Source: an uncultured Candidatus Saccharibacteria bacterium | GTDB taxonomy: Bacteria; Patescibacteriota; Saccharimonadia; Saccharimonadales; Saccharimonadaceae | Assembly (NCBI GenBank): GCA_963525845.1 | Contig: CAURKU010000001.1 | Location: 193,311-257,310, forward strand | Direction: 5' to 3' | DNA: 64,000 bases | Part shown: positions 29,930 through 40,280 of the stretch, piece after piece | How positions within the stretch are numbered: the stretch's first letter is position 1 | Layout of the letters: each line of letters opens with the position of its first letter | Program-made: the position numbers and the translations under genes | Notes under the pieces: generated by a model | The model's input: only the letters and a program-made list of their open reading frames with translations | Told to the model about the DNA's origin: nothing | Databases searched by the model: none

Positions 29930-31399
29930 TTATTTTTTGCGGAGTAATCGTCGCTTTTTTGGTGTGTTGGTTCCGAGATCGTCAGCGTCGAAGTCGTCAT
30001 AGGTTACCATCAATGCGCGCGAGCTAATTTGGCGAATGGATTCTAGCGCGACTGACACGATAATCAAGATACCTGTACCACCGATTGACAAGCGAGTGCC
30101 GGTCAGTCCCGTGATGTGATATATCAGATATTCAGCGACGAACGGCAAGATAGCGACCACGCCAAGTGCTAATGAGCCGAACAAGACCAAGCGGTTGACA
30201 GTGCGGCGGAGGTACTCTTCGGTTTGCTTGCCTGGGCGAATGCCTTCGATGAAGCCACCCTGCTTTTGCAAGCCTTCGGATATCTCAGTAGCGTCAAAAC
30301 TAAAGCCCGTGTAGAAGTACGTGAAGGCAATGACCAGGATGAAGTACAGAACAGGATAGATGAAGGCTTCAGCGGTGCTGCCGGTAAAACTGCCTGGGTT
30401 TGGTGCTTGGAACCAGGTGATCAAGGTGCTGGCGAGGGATTGTAGCCCTTCGTTGCCAGAAGCTTTCATGATTTGACCGATGAACTGTGGCAGGCTCAGA
30501 AAAGCCACGGCGAAAATAACCGGGATCACACCAGCGGCGATTAGTTTGACTGGCAGGATGCTTTTGATGCCGCCGTAGTTGCTGTTACCGTGGACACGCT
30601 TGGCGTAGTTGATGGTGATGACACGCTGTGCTTCGTTAATTTTTACCAGGAAATAAAGCACGACGAGCATCATAAGTAAGAGGAAGAATACTATCCAGAA
30701 CATGGTTGGGCTGACTGGCAATTGGAACCAGCCAAATACGCTCAGTGAGCCGTTTGAGGTGTCAAAGAGTGAACGGATGACTGTGGCTAGCATCTGCGGT
30801 AGTTGGCTGACGATTCCTGCAAAAATTAACAGAGAAATGCCATTTCCTACTCCCTGCTCGGTGATGAGCTCACCCAGCCACATCAATAAGACTGATCCAG
30901 CGGTCATGGCGACGACTGAGACTGTCCACTCCATGATGGTTGGATCGCTCAAGACGGTTGATCCGCCAGCCAAGATGGTTTGGCGTAAGATGAAGATGAA
31001 AGCGATTGATTGGACGATGGCCAGTGGAACGGTGATGCGACGTGTCCATTGCTGAATTTTGCGACGTCCAGTTTCGCCGTCGTCGTGGAGTTCCTTTAGT
31101 TTTGGAATGGCTTTTGTCAGTAGCTGGATGATGATGCTGGCGGTAATGAATGGGCTCAAACCAACCAATACCAAAGAAAAGCTCGCCAAAGCACCGCCGG
31201 ACAGAAGGTTAAGGAATCCTCCCAAGTCTGTGCTGCCTAACGCCGAGCTGATGGCTTGGCGCAACTGTGTTGGCTCAGCCAATGGCACTGGAATGTGCGC
31301 GAGTAATCGGTACACGACAATAATGCCGATGACAATCGACAAGCGCTTTTGCATATCTCTATTTTTCAATGACCGCCAAATGGTCTTCCAGCTAATCAT
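29930..31399 (-). CDS. secY: Preprotein translocase subunit SecY
   Basis: PFITASIIIQLL, WLGELITEQGVGNGISLLIF, GIRPG. Confidence 0.98.
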   Translation of the reverse strand: MISWKTIWRSLKNRDMQKRLSIVIGIIVVYRLLAHIPVPLAEPTQLRQAISSALGSTDLGGFLNLLSGGALASFSLVLVGLSPFITASIIIQLLTKAIPKLKELHDDGETGRRKIQQWTRRITVPLAIVQSIAFIFILRQTILAGGSTVLSDPTIMEWTVSVVAMTAGSVLLMWLGELITEQGVGNGISLLIFAGIVSQLPQMLATVIRSLFDTSNGSLSVFGWFQLPVSPTMFWIVFFLLLMMLVVLYFLVKINEAQRVITINYAKRVHGNSNYGGIKSILPVKLIAAGVIPVIFAVAFLSLPQFIGQIMKASGNEGLQSLASTLITWFQAPNPGSFTGSTAEAFIYPVLYFILVIAFTYFYTGFSFDATEISEGLQKQGGFIEGIRPGKQTEEYLRRTVNRLVLFGSLALGVVAILPFVAEYLIYHITGLTGTRLSIGGTGILIIVSVALESIRQISSRALMVTYDDFDADDLGTNTPKKRRLLRKK

Positions 31400-31555
31400 A
31401 CGTTTACTTTCCCCTCTGTCGTTTCAATATATAGAATTCTCTAACCAGTATACAGGAGTATCTGGCTAAATACCAGTGTTGAGCCCAAAAAAGCGCCAAA
31501 ACAGAACGCCCCGGCTAGCGAGGCGTTTTGTAGGTTACATAGAGCCTAAAGTATC

Positions 31556-32035
31556 TTATTTTTCGTCAGACTCGACGTCTTTTGCACTTTGGCGCAAAGG
31601 CGTTGCAACTTTCTCAAATGAGCCGCCGGCCTTTTCAATCGCTTTGACGACTGAAGCGGATGCAGCTTGTACTTTCAAGTCAACCTTGGCTTTCAATTCA
31701 CCGCGAGCGATCACCTTGACCGTGTGGAACGGTGTGGCGATGTAACCTTCGGTAAACAGCAGGGCGTTGTCAACGGTTTTACCGTCAAAGGCGTTCAGGT
31801 GATCCAAGTAGACTACCTGAGCTGGCGTGCGCAGGCTCTTGAAACCGCGAGCTTTTGGTACAGCCTGAGCCAATGGACGCTGACCACCCTGGAACATGGC
31901 GCGAAGCTTTTTACCAGTGCGGGCGTTCTGACCTTTAGTACCGCGACCAGCGGTTTTACCCTGGCCAGCAGCGATACCGCGACCAACACGCTTTTTATTC
32001 TTGTTTGCTGAAACTTGGAGATCATTGTATTTCAT
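31556..32035 (-). CDS. rplO: 50S ribosomal protein L15
   Basis: RVGRG...GKTAGRGTKGQ, FQGGQ. Confidence 0.97.
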   Translation of the reverse strand: MKYNDLQVSANKNKKRVGRGIAAGQGKTAGRGTKGQNARTGKKLRAMFQGGQRPLAQAVPKARGFKSLRTPAQVVYLDHLNAFDGKTVDNALLFTEGYIATPFHTVKVIARGELKAKVDLKVQAASASVVKAIEKAGGSFEKVATPLRQSAKDVESDEK

Positions 32036-32625
32036 TACTTAGCCTCCTTTTTAGCAGCTTTTTTGACTGGCTGAACGCCCAACCACTCTTCGCGTGGAAC
32101 GAGTGATTTCAATGCTTCAATAGTTGCATAGGCGATGTTCACCTTGTTGGTTGAACCAAGTGACTTGGTCAGCAGGTTGCGAACACCGGTCACACCGATG
32201 ATCTGTCGGACAACACCACCAGCGATGATACCAGTACCAGGAGCAGCTGGCTTGATCAGCACGCGGGCGCCTGAGAACTTAACTTCGCTGTCGTGTGGAA
32301 TGGTTTCGCCATTGAGTGGCAAAGTGATCAAATGCTTCTTAGCAACTGAGGTTGCCTTAGCGACAGCAGCTTGCACGTCGGCACCCTTAGCCACGCCAAC
32401 ACCGACCTTGTCCTTGCGGTTGCCGACAACCACCAACGCCTTAAAGCGGAAGCGGCGGCCACCTTTGACCACGCGGCTCACGCGGTCAATGTTGATTACC
32501 AATTCTTCAAACTCTTTTGGTGCGTCATCGCGCACATTTCGCCGGTCATCGCGGCGACCACCACGCGGACTGCGAGGCCGACGGCCTTCTGCGCGTGGGG
32601 TAGTATTTGCAGCTTGTTCTGCCAT
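32035..32625 (-). CDS. rpsE: 30S ribosomal protein S5
   Basis: KGGRRFRF, PAAPGTGIIAGG; start ATG 32625. Confidence 0.97.
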   Translation of the reverse strand: MAEQAANTTPRAEGRRPRSPRGGRRDDRRNVRDDAPKEFEELVINIDRVSRVVKGGRRFRFKALVVVGNRKDKVGVGVAKGADVQAAVAKATSVAKKHLITLPLNGETIPHDSEVKFSGARVLIKPAAPGTGIIAGGVVRQIIGVTGVRNLLTKSLGSTNKVNIAYATIEALKSLVPREEWLGVQPVKKAAKKEAK

Positions 32626-32626
32626 A

Positions 32627-32977
32627 CTAGAACTCCAATCCTTCTTGGCGCGCAGCATCAGCCAATGCCTTCAAGCGACCAGCGTACTGGCGGCCGTTGC
32701 GGTCAAAGACCACTGCGCTAATTTTACTTTTCTTTGCTTTCTTGGCAATTTCGGTACCGATGGTAGCACATTTTTCGCTCATCGTACCTTTTGCTTTGGT
32801 GCCAACGGTGGTTGCGGCAGCCAATGTTTTGCCTGCGACGTCGTCGATCAGCTGAGCGCTAACGTGCATGTTGCTGATGGTGACGGTTAAGCGTGGGCGC
32901 TCTGCAGTGCCTGAAACCTTAGCGCGAACGCGGTTTTTGCGAAGAGCTTGGTTGAGTAATTTCTTGTTTTCAGCCAT
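32627..32977 (-). CDS. rplR: 50S ribosomal protein L18
   Basis: GTAERPRL, VVFDR, AARQEGLEF. Confidence 0.97.
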   Translation of the reverse strand: MAENKKLLNQALRKNRVRAKVSGTAERPRLTVTISNMHVSAQLIDDVAGKTLAAATTVGTKAKGTMSEKCATIGTEIAKKAKKSKISAVVFDRNGRQYAGRLKALADAARQEGLEF

Positions 32978-32979
32978 GA

Positions 32980-33519
32980 TTACTTACCTGTCTTTCCTGC
33001 TTTGCGCAAAATTTGCTCGTCAGCATACTTGATACCCTTGCCCTTGTATGGCTCAGGCTTCTTCAGCGCACGGATTTCCGCAGCGACTTGGCCGACTTGC
33101 TGTTTATTGATACCGCTGACGATGATGGTCATCTTTTCGTTGGTAACGGTGATGCCCTCTGGGGCTTTGTATTTGACTGGGTGTGAAAACCCGAGCGCCA
33201 TTTCCAGTTCGTTGTTGCTGGAGCTCACGCGGAAACCGACACCATTGACCTCTAGGCGCTTCTCGTAGCCCTTGGTGACGCCGATTACCATATTGTTGAT
33301 TAGCGCGCGCATCAGACCGTGCTGGGCGCGAGCAGTTTTGGACTCATCCTTCGGATGAACCGTGACTTGTCCGTCTTCGACTTTCACCTCAACTGCTGGC
33401 GTGATGAATTGTGTCAATTCACCTTTCGGGCCCTTTACGACCACATCACCAGAGTCAACCGTGATTGTCACACCGGCCGGAATAACCACCGGCAGTTTTC
33501 CGATTCGACTCAGACTCAT
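32980..33519 (-). CDS. rplF: 50S ribosomal protein L6
   Basis: SRIGK, PEPYKGKGI. Confidence 0.98.
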   Translation of the reverse strand: MSLSRIGKLPVVIPAGVTITVDSGDVVVKGPKGELTQFITPAVEVKVEDGQVTVHPKDESKTARAQHGLMRALINNMVIGVTKGYEKRLEVNGVGFRVSSSNNELEMALGFSHPVKYKAPEGITVTNEKMTIIVSGINKQQVGQVAAEIRALKKPEPYKGKGIKYADEQILRKAGKTGK

Positions 33520-33604
33520 TACTCACCTTTCGTGTGATTTGATATTAACCCTGATATTTTAGCATAGATTAGGGGTGAAATGCAAGGTTTTTTGAGCGCT
33601 CTGC

Positions 33605-34135
33605 CTAGCTACCGTACGGGATGAGTAGAATAATCGCCAAGATGCCGAGAGTAATATATGTTACTAGGGCGGCTTTGGTCAAATACGGCTCTTTCATATC
33701 GTAGATTTTACGTACTTCGTAATAATCCCATAGCCGCCAGCCAGAGATCATTAAAAGAATGCCAGCGAAGATACTTAAATAGCCACTAACATCAATATGC
33801 CAAAGAAAGTTTGATGCATCAACTAGAGCGATGAATGTAGCTACTCCCATTGTCGACCAGAAGCGTGCCTGTGGCTTTTGTCCAACAGCAATAAAACAGG
33901 TGGCGGCGACCATGATCAACTCAACGAGAGGATTTTCCGCGAACAGTACCTGAATATAATAACTGGGGACTCCCTGCCTAGGGTCAGCACTGCTAATAAG
34001 CCAACCCACTCCATACAGTAGGGGCATCATAACGACGATAGACAACAAGAAGGGCAAAAAATCAACAATGAAAACATCTTTAACAGTTATTTCTGCTTGG
34101 TCTGATGTTTTTGTCATATGGAGGAAGCTACGCAT
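33605..34135 (-). CDS. Multi-pass membrane hypothetical protein inserted in the spc operon
   Basis: About 5 hydrophobic segments; TGCTATACT 8 nt upstream of ATG 34135. Confidence 0.7.
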   Translation of the reverse strand: MRSFLHMTKTSDQAEITVKDVFIVDFLPFLLSIVVMMPLLYGVGWLISSADPRQGVPSYYIQVLFAENPLVELIMVAATCFIAVGQKPQARFWSTMGVATFIALVDASNFLWHIDVSGYLSIFAGILLMISGWRLWDYYEVRKIYDMKEPYLTKAALVTYITLGILAIILLIPYGS

Positions 34136-34260
34136 ATGATTACAGTATAGCAAAATACGTTATACTAAAAGTTATATTAGGCGAGGGCTGACTGATCTTT
34201 AAGCATATAAAAATAAACGCCCTCATTATCAAGGACGCTTATTTTGTTTACTGCGATGTT

Positions 34261-34407
34261 TTAGTACACCTTCAACAGTAACTCACCGCCAAGTTTTTGA
34301 TTGGCTGCTTCGTTGATGGTGACGACCAGCACGCCACGAGGCTTAGCGTCCTCTAGTTTAACATCTGCGAGATAGCCGACTAATTGTTCGGCGATGACTT
34401 TTTTCAT
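34261..34407 (-). pseudogene. Internally deleted duplicate of rpsH (open 48-aa frame)
   Basis: Aligns to rpsH with 6-nt and 150-nt deletions. Confidence 0.9.
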
Positions 34408-34441
34408 CTTGCTACCTTTCTACCATGTTTAACTACTACTT

Positions 34442-34981
34442 TTACACGGTGGGTAGATTATTTATTTGGCTTTGTATAGCGGCCTGCAACTCTGCGCTTT
34501 CGCTTGCCCATGGAATGTGTCGTGTGAGTTCATCAACTGTTACAAATTTAGCATACCGTATCTGCTCTTCCTGTATTTGCTCTTCGTCCTCGTTCTGTTG
34601 ATGTAAGACATACTCATCGGCATTCTTATCAAGGTTCAAGCTAACCCGAAGTTGTAAGTACTCGTCATCATTTTTTAAGCTATCTGTTTCCAGGATATCG
34701 TAATAACCAAAGAACTTATACTGACTAGATACGCTGTCTGTATTAATTCCCGTCTCTTCTTCTACTTCACGTACAATAGTTTGCAAGTAGGTCTCGTGCT
34801 TATTTGGTTTTCCACCGGGCAGCTGCCACTTTCGACCATCCTTAGAGACGATGGCTATTTTATTATCGTGAGTAAAAAGCCAAGCATATACCTGATTTAT
34901 TGGAAGAGCCTGATCTTCCAGGCGAATTTCTTTACCATCTTTCCAAGTGCGTGCTTTAATAGTTTTTCTTATGGTGTCCAT
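34442..34981 (-). CDS. NUDIX hydrolase
   Basis: LPGG...ET....IVREVEEETG Nudix box; AT-richer than flanks. Confidence 0.88.
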   Translation of the reverse strand: MDTIRKTIKARTWKDGKEIRLEDQALPINQVYAWLFTHDNKIAIVSKDGRKWQLPGGKPNKHETYLQTIVREVEEETGINTDSVSSQYKFFGYYDILETDSLKNDDEYLQLRVSLNLDKNADEYVLHQQNEDEEQIQEEQIRYAKFVTVDELTRHIPWASESAELQAAIQSQINNLPTV

Positions 34982-35173
34982 GATATCTACTTAAATTTAT
35001 TGCCTGGGTTAGCCAGCCTAGTCTATTATAATTTATATCCCCGGGTGTCAGAAAGTGTCCTGCGTCTTCTTTTATAGCACAGAGCGACAATTATCGCTAA
35101 ACTCCAATTATTAAGAGCACTCCCCATTTGAGGAGCGCTCTTAGGTTTCTGGCGTGATTGTGATGTCGGGAAA

Positions 35174-35575
35174 CTAGTACACCTTCAACAACAACTCACC
35201 GCCAAGCTTCGCCTTGGCTGCTTCGGCGCCAGTCATGACACCTTTTGAGGTTGAGATGAGTACCAGACCGCGGCCACTTTTCACCTTTGGAATCTCGCTA
35301 GCGCCGACGTAAACGCGACGACCAGGTTTTGAGACACGGGTGATCTCGTTGATGGTGCTGTTGGTACCTTCTTCGTTGATGGTCACGACCAGCACGCCGC
35401 GAGGCTTGGCGTCCTCTAGTTTAACATCTGTAAGGTAGCCGTTTTTGACTAATTGTTCAGCGATGACTTTTTTCATCTTGCTGGACGGAACACGAACTTC
35501 CGTCTTGCCAACCAGTTTCGCATTGCGAATGCGCGTCAGAAGGTCGGCGATTGGGTCTGTAGTTTGCATAGACAT
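35174..35575 (-). CDS. rpsH: 30S ribosomal protein S8
   Basis: DPIADLLTRIRN, SKPGRRVY, STSKGVM. Confidence 0.98.
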   Translation of the reverse strand: MSMQTTDPIADLLTRIRNAKLVGKTEVRVPSSKMKKVIAEQLVKNGYLTDVKLEDAKPRGVLVVTINEEGTNSTINEITRVSKPGRRVYVGASEIPKVKSGRGLVLISTSKGVMTGAEAAKAKLGGELLLKVY

Positions 35576-35595
35576 TGTCGAATCTCCTTTCCTTC

Positions 35596-35865
35596 TTACC
35601 AACTACTCTTTGTTATGCCTGGGATTTCACCCTTGGCTGCTTTTTCGCGGAAATTGATGCGGCTCAGGCCGAACTGGCGCATGTAACCACGTGGACGACC
35701 GGAAATGCTGTCGCGGTTCTTGTGCCGAGTTGGGCTCGAGTTGCGAGGCAGCTTCTGCAAACCGTCGAGGTCGCCAAGTTCTTTGAGCTCAGCGCGCTTC
35801 GCAGCGTATTTTGCGATCATCTTCAGACGCTTTTTGTCGCGAGCGACCATTGATTTCTTAGCCAT
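35596..35865 (-). CDS. rpsN: 30S ribosomal protein S14, long Zn-independent form
   Basis: 89 aa, [20 protein letters not shown], no Cys. Confidence 0.97.
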   Translation of the reverse strand: MAKKSMVARDKKRLKMIAKYAAKRAELKELGDLDGLQKLPRNSSPTRHKNRDSISGRPRGYMRQFGLSRINFREKAAKGEIPGITKSSW

Positions 35866-36449
35866 TACCTGACGCCTCCTTTCTTCTCAAACGGCATGCC
35901 AAATTTCTCGAGCAAGGCTTTTGAAGCTTCTTTGTTACCGTTCTTGATGACAAATGTTACCTGCAAGCCGTGCAAAATCTGTGTCTCCTCGAACGTCAGT
36001 TCTGGGAAAATTGACTGCTCGATGATGCCCAGGTTGTAGTTGCCGCCTTTGTCAAACTTTAGGCCGACGCCATGGAAGTCGCGCACGCGTGGCAGTGCTA
36101 CGTTGATCAAGCGATCCATGAACTCGTACATCCTGCTGCCGCGCAGCGTGACGCTCACACCGATTGGCGCACCCATGCCTTTACGGATGCTGAAGCCAGC
36201 GATTGACTTCTTTGCCTGGCGGGCAACTGGTGCCTGACCGGTGATCTTTTCAACGGTGTTTTTGACAATCTCAAAGTGACGCTTGTCATCTTTCTTCTTG
36301 CCGGTACCAACGCTCACGATGATCTTTTCCAAAGCTGGCACTTGGTGCACGTTCTTTAGATCTAGTTCGGCTTGCAGTTCCTTCAGGTATTTCTCCTGGT
36401 ACAAGGCTTTCAAGCGAGGAGCTGGCACGACGGTTTTCTTCTCTGCCAT
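35865..36449 (-). CDS. rplE: 50S ribosomal protein L5
   Basis: ITGQAP, VTLRG, LPRVRDF. Confidence 0.98.
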   Translation of the reverse strand: MAEKKTVVPAPRLKALYQEKYLKELQAELDLKNVHQVPALEKIIVSVGTGKKKDDKRHFEIVKNTVEKITGQAPVARQAKKSIAGFSIRKGMGAPIGVSVTLRGSRMYEFMDRLINVALPRVRDFHGVGLKFDKGGNYNLGIIEQSIFPELTFEETQILHGLQVTFVIKNGNKEASKALLEKFGMPFEKKGGVR

Positions 36450-36769
36450 TATTTAATCTCCTTATTTTTTGCTTGGCGAGCGACGCGAGTTTTGCCGCCG
36501 TCAGCGTTCTTTACTAAACCAACCCGGCTGGTTTTGCCTGACTTTTCGTCGACAACCAGGGCGACTTTGCTGATGTCCATCGGTACGTGGATGTCTTTCT
36601 TGCCGCCTTTTGGATTGTACTGGCTTGGCTTGACGTGGCGGTGTCCGACGCCAACACCTTCGACCAGAACAGTCTGATCTTTGGTGCTAACTTTCAGGAC
36701 TTTACCAGTCGTGCCTTTGTTTTTACCAGCAATGATTTTTACGGTGTCATCTTTGTGAATACGAGCCAT
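36449..36769 (-). CDS. rplX: 50S ribosomal protein L24
   Basis: KOW IAGKNKG..GKV; operon position. Confidence 0.96.
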   Translation of the reverse strand: MARIHKDDTVKIIAGKNKGTTGKVLKVSTKDQTVLVEGVGVGHRHVKPSQYNPKGGKKDIHVPMDISKVALVVDEKSGKTSRVGLVKNADGGKTRVARQAKNKEIK

Positions 36770-37137
36770 TAGAGTACCTCCGGAGCCAGGCTGATGATCT
36801 TCATGTAGCCCATGTCGCGAAGCTCGCGTGGCACTGGGCCGAAGACACGGGTAGCCTTTGGCTGCTTGTCATCGTTGATAATCACCACGGCGTTGTCATC
36901 AAAGCAGATGGTTGAGCCGTCTTTGCGGTGGATTTGGTCGCGGGTGCGAACCACTACAGCCTTGACGACAGACTTCTTTTTGACGTTGCCGGTTGGGCTG
37001 GCGTCTTTGACTGAACAGACGATCACGTCGCCAACGCGAGCATAGCGGCGGCGGGTACCACCGAGGACGCGGATGCACAATACTTCTTTGGCACCCGAGT
37101 TGTCAGCTACCTTGAGGCGAGATTCTTGTTGGATCAT
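36769..37137 (-). CDS. rplN: 50S ribosomal protein L14
   Basis: [16 protein letters not shown]. Confidence 0.98.
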   Translation of the reverse strand: MIQQESRLKVADNSGAKEVLCIRVLGGTRRRYARVGDVIVCSVKDASPTGNVKKKSVVKAVVVRTRDQIHRKDGSTICFDDNAVVIINDDKQPKATRVFGPVPRELRDMGYMKIISLAPEVL

Positions 37138-37445
37138 TTGTCGTCCTCCTTAGTCTCTTCCTCAGCTTCACCAGAAACTTCAGCCTTTAGTTTGATAGAA
37201 CCGCGAGACTTCTCGATCACCTTGACCAGCGTAAAGCTCTTGGTCTTGGAAATTGGGCGAGTCTCTTCGATTTGCACCTTGTCGCCTTCGCCTGCCTCAT
37301 TGGTCTCGTCATGAGCAGTGTATTTGCGAGTCACGGTGTACTGTTTGCCGTAGAGCGGATGCGTTTCGCGGCTGGTGACCGTCACAGTGATGGTCTTGTC
37401 GCGCTTGGCACTCGTTACGACGCCAATCAGTGTTCGTCGGGCCAT
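37134..37445 (-). CDS. rpsQ: 30S ribosomal protein S17
   Basis: HPLYGK, AHDE, RPISKTK. Confidence 0.97.
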   Translation of the reverse strand: MARRTLIGVVTSAKRDKTITVTVTSRETHPLYGKQYTVTRKYTAHDETNEAGEGDKVQIEETRPISKTKSFTLVKVIEKSRGSIKLKAEVSGEAEEETKEDDK

Positions 37446-37651
37446 TACTTGCTCTCCTTTTCGTTAATTTGTGTCAGCAGGCGTGCGATGTCCTTGCGGA
37501 GTGAACGCAGCGCTTTTGGATTAACTAATTCGCCAGCAGCGTGAGAACGTTTTGCTTGAAGCAGGTCATTTCGCTTTTCGGCGACTTCCTTCTTCAAATC
37601 ATCAACGGTCTTCACAACTGCTGCTTTTGCAGTTTTCTTTGCTTCAGCCAT
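37445..37651 (-). CDS. rpmC: 50S ribosomal protein L29
   Basis: RKDIARLLT; operon position. Confidence 0.93.
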   Translation of the reverse strand: MAEAKKTAKAAVVKTVDDLKKEVAEKRNDLLQAKRSHAAGELVNPKALRSLRKDIARLLTQINEKESK

Positions 37652-38064
37652 TATGCGTCCTCCCGCTTGATGAACTTACATTTGACTGGTAGTTTGTGGC
37701 TCGCTAGGCGCATTGCCTCACGAGCGACTTCCTCTGAAACGCCCTGCATTTCAAACATCACCGTGCCGGCCTTCACCTTGGCAACAAAGAACTCTGGATT
37801 ACCCTTACCACCACCCATCTTCAAACCAAGTGGTTTGCGAGTAACTGGGGTGTGCGGGAAAATTCGGATCCAAATCTTACCACCACGCTTAATGTAGCGG
37901 GTCATTGCCTGACGAGCAGACTCGATTTGGCGGGAGTTGATGCGCTCGTTTGATTGTGATTGCAGTGCAAAGTCGCCGAACGCGATGTAATTACCACGGG
38001 TTGCTTGACCACGGTTTTTACCGATGCGCACTTTGCGGTGCTTGGTTTTCTTTGGTAACAGCAT
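37651..38064 (-). CDS. rplP: 50S ribosomal protein L16
   Basis: QIESAR, WIRIFP, MGGGKG. Confidence 0.98.
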   Translation of the reverse strand: MLLPKKTKHRKVRIGKNRGQATRGNYIAFGDFALQSQSNERINSRQIESARQAMTRYIKRGGKIWIRIFPHTPVTRKPLGLKMGGGKGNPEFFVAKVKAGTVMFEMQGVSEEVAREAMRLASHKLPVKCKFIKREDA

Positions 38065-38700
38065 TTAGCGACTCCTTTCTCCCTTATAAATCCACACTTT
38101 CACGCCGATGATACCAGCTGGTGTCTGGGCGCGAGCACAGTGGAAGTCAATATCGGCGCGAAGAGTGTGCAGTGGCACAGAGCCTTCAATCACCTTTTCG
38201 CGGCGTGCCATTTCAGCACCGTTCAAACGACCAGCCACCTCGATGCGGATACCTTTGGCACCAGCACTCATGGTGTTTTGCGCGGTCATTTTGGTTGCGC
38301 GGCGGAAGTTGATACGGCGTTCCAACTGGCGGGCGATGTTCTCGGCCACCAATTTGGCTGCTAGTTCCGGTCGGCGTACTTCTTCAATGTTGATGCGAAC
38401 TGCCTGACCGACGATCTTCTCAACTTGCTTTTTCAATTCATTCACGCCAGCACCGCCACGGCCGATCACCACACCAGCTTTCGCCGTGTGAATGGTTACC
38501 GTGATCAAGTTGGCACTCCGCTCAATCTCAATGCGATTGATGGTTGGGCGTGAGGCAAATTTCTTCTCAATCAATTCGCGGATTTCGTGATCCTGGCGAA
38601 TTGCCTCCGCAAACTCTTTCTTATTGGCCGTAAACCAACGAGAGCTCCAGTTCTTGTGAACTTGTAGGCGGAAGTTGATTGGATTCACTTTTTGACCCAT
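38065..38700 (-). CDS. rpsC: 30S ribosomal protein S3
   Basis: MGQKVNP, GRLNGAEMAR, GVKVWIYKG. Confidence 0.98.
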   Translation of the reverse strand: MGQKVNPINFRLQVHKNWSSRWFTANKKEFAEAIRQDHEIRELIEKKFASRPTINRIEIERSANLITVTIHTAKAGVVIGRGGAGVNELKKQVEKIVGQAVRINIEEVRRPELAAKLVAENIARQLERRINFRRATKMTAQNTMSAGAKGIRIEVAGRLNGAEMARREKVIEGSVPLHTLRADIDFHCARAQTPAGIIGVKVWIYKGERSR

Positions 38701-39165
38701 TTACTTCTCCTCCTTTTTTGCCGTGGTTTCGGCGGCTTTTTTCGCTGCAGGCTTGGCAGATTTGGTCTCTGCTTTAGCCTTGGTCTCTGGTTTCTTCGCA
38801 GGCGCTTTCTTTGGCTTCTCGGTGCCAGTTACTTCAACCAAAATGTTTGACGTCTTTTTCTGGAATGGCAAGGCACGGCCGCGTGACGCTGGCTTAAAGC
38901 GGCGTAGGCGTGTACCAGTAGTAACGCTCAGGGTAGTGATCACCAGACTCTTGGCGTCCAAACCGTGGTTGTTGATGGCGTTTGCCTTGGCGCTGTCGAT
39001 TGCCTTTTTCACTGGCAAGGCAGCGCGTTTTGGCACATGCTCCAAGATAACCAATGCGTCAGCGACGGTACGGCCGCGTACTAGTGCAGCCACCAAGCTA
39101 ACCTTGCGTGGTGTTTGGTCAACACCTTTGGCGTAAGCGCGAACAGTATAAGTTGTATCAGCCAT
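38701..39165 (-). CDS. rplV: 50S ribosomal protein L22 with Lys/Ala-rich tail
   Basis: PRKV.LVA.LVRG, SAKANA, RGRA. Confidence 0.97.
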   Translation of the reverse strand: MADTTYTVRAYAKGVDQTPRKVSLVAALVRGRTVADALVILEHVPKRAALPVKKAIDSAKANAINNHGLDAKSLVITTLSVTTGTRLRRFKPASRGRALPFQKKTSNILVEVTGTEKPKKAPAKKPETKAKAETKSAKPAAKKAAETTAKKEEK

Positions 39166-39167
39166 GA

Positions 39168-39434
39168 TTACTTCTTATCCTTTCCGCCGTGCTTACGGAA
39201 CTTACGAGTTGGGCTAAACTCACCGAGTTTGTGACCAACCATGTTTTCAGTAATTAGCACAGGCACGTGCATCTTACCGTTGTAGACGGCGATAGTTCGA
39301 CCGACCATTTCTGGGGTGATGGTCGAAGCGCGCGCCCATGTTTTGATAACGGTTCGATCGTCAAGGCTGAGAGCAGCGACTTTTTTCGCAAGCTTCACAT
39401 CGACGAATGGACCTTTCTTTAATGAACGACTCAT
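39168..39434 (-). CDS. rpsS: 30S ribosomal protein S19
   Basis: [19 protein letters not shown]. Confidence 0.98.
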   Translation of the reverse strand: MSRSLKKGPFVDVKLAKKVAALSLDDRTVIKTWARASTITPEMVGRTIAVYNGKMHVPVLITENMVGHKLGEFSPTRKFRKHGGKDKK

Positions 39435-39440
39435 CGTGAT

Positions 39441-40280
39441 TTACCTCTTCCTCTTCGCGTCGTGACGCGTGCGTACGATTAATTTATTTGAGCCTTTGCG
39501 GCGGCGAGTTCGATAACCCAGCGTCAATTGGCCCCATGGCGTACGTGGTGCTTTACCAGTACCGTGGCGACCACCGTCACCACCACCATGTGGGTGATCT
39601 GCGGCGTTCATGACGACACCGCGCACGGTTGGGCGAATACCCTTGCGGCGGCGGCGACCAGCTGAACCGATCTTCACGTTCTGGTGCTGGACGTTACCGA
39701 CTGTACCGATGGCAGCGGTTGCCTCCAGGCGAACTTTGCGAACTTCACCAGATGGCAATTTGATAGTTGCGTAATTGCCTTCTTTGGCCATCAACTGAGC
39801 TTTGGCACCAGCGGCGCGAACCATTTGCGCACCTTTGCCGGCAGTGAGTTCAATAGCATAAATCATCGTACCAACAGGGATAGCAGACAGCGGCAGGCGG
39901 TTTGAGGCCTCAATTGGTGCTGTCTCACCAGTCTGAATCGTCTTGCCCTTGACCATTGAGGTGTCGGCCAATACGTAGTGGTACAAATTGTACTGATCTT
40001 TCACTCGAGCGATGCGGGCTGAGCGGTTTGGATCGTACTCAATTTCTTCAACCGTCAGAGTCAAGCCGCTCGGCAAATTGTGGTTCACCAAACGGTAGTG
40101 ACGGCGAACGCCACCGCCGCGATGACGCACGGTGATGCGGCCTTGGTTGTTGCGGCCGGCATTTTGCTTTTTGGCCTTGGTCAGACTTTTGAGCGGTTTT
40201 CTTGTCGTGATATCCGACAAGTCCTGGCTCGTCATGCCGCGACGAGCAGGAGTGGTTGGATTGTAAGCTTTCACTGGCAT
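39441..40280 (-). CDS. rplB: 50S ribosomal protein L2
   Basis: GRNNQGRIT, EYDPNRSA, DHPHGGG. Confidence 0.98.
   Translation of the reverse strand: MPVKAYNPTTPARRGMTSQDLSDITTRKPLKSLTKAKKQNAGRNNQGRITVRHRGGGVRRHYRLVNHNLPSGLTLTVEEIEYDPNRSARIARVKDQYNLYHYVLADTSMVKGKTIQTGETAPIEASNRLPLSAIPVGTMIYAIELTAGKGAQMVRAAGAKAQLMAKEGNYATIKLPSGEVRKVRLEATAAIGTVGNVQHQNVKIGSAGRRRRKGIRPTVRGVVMNAADHPHGGGDGGRHGTGKAPRTPWGQLTLGYRTRRRKGSNKLIVRTRHDAKRKR

Noticed and set aside
32030..32040. No rpmD (L30) between rpsE and rplO
   Set aside because: Real, but an established CPR-wide feature; used only as a taxonomic clue.
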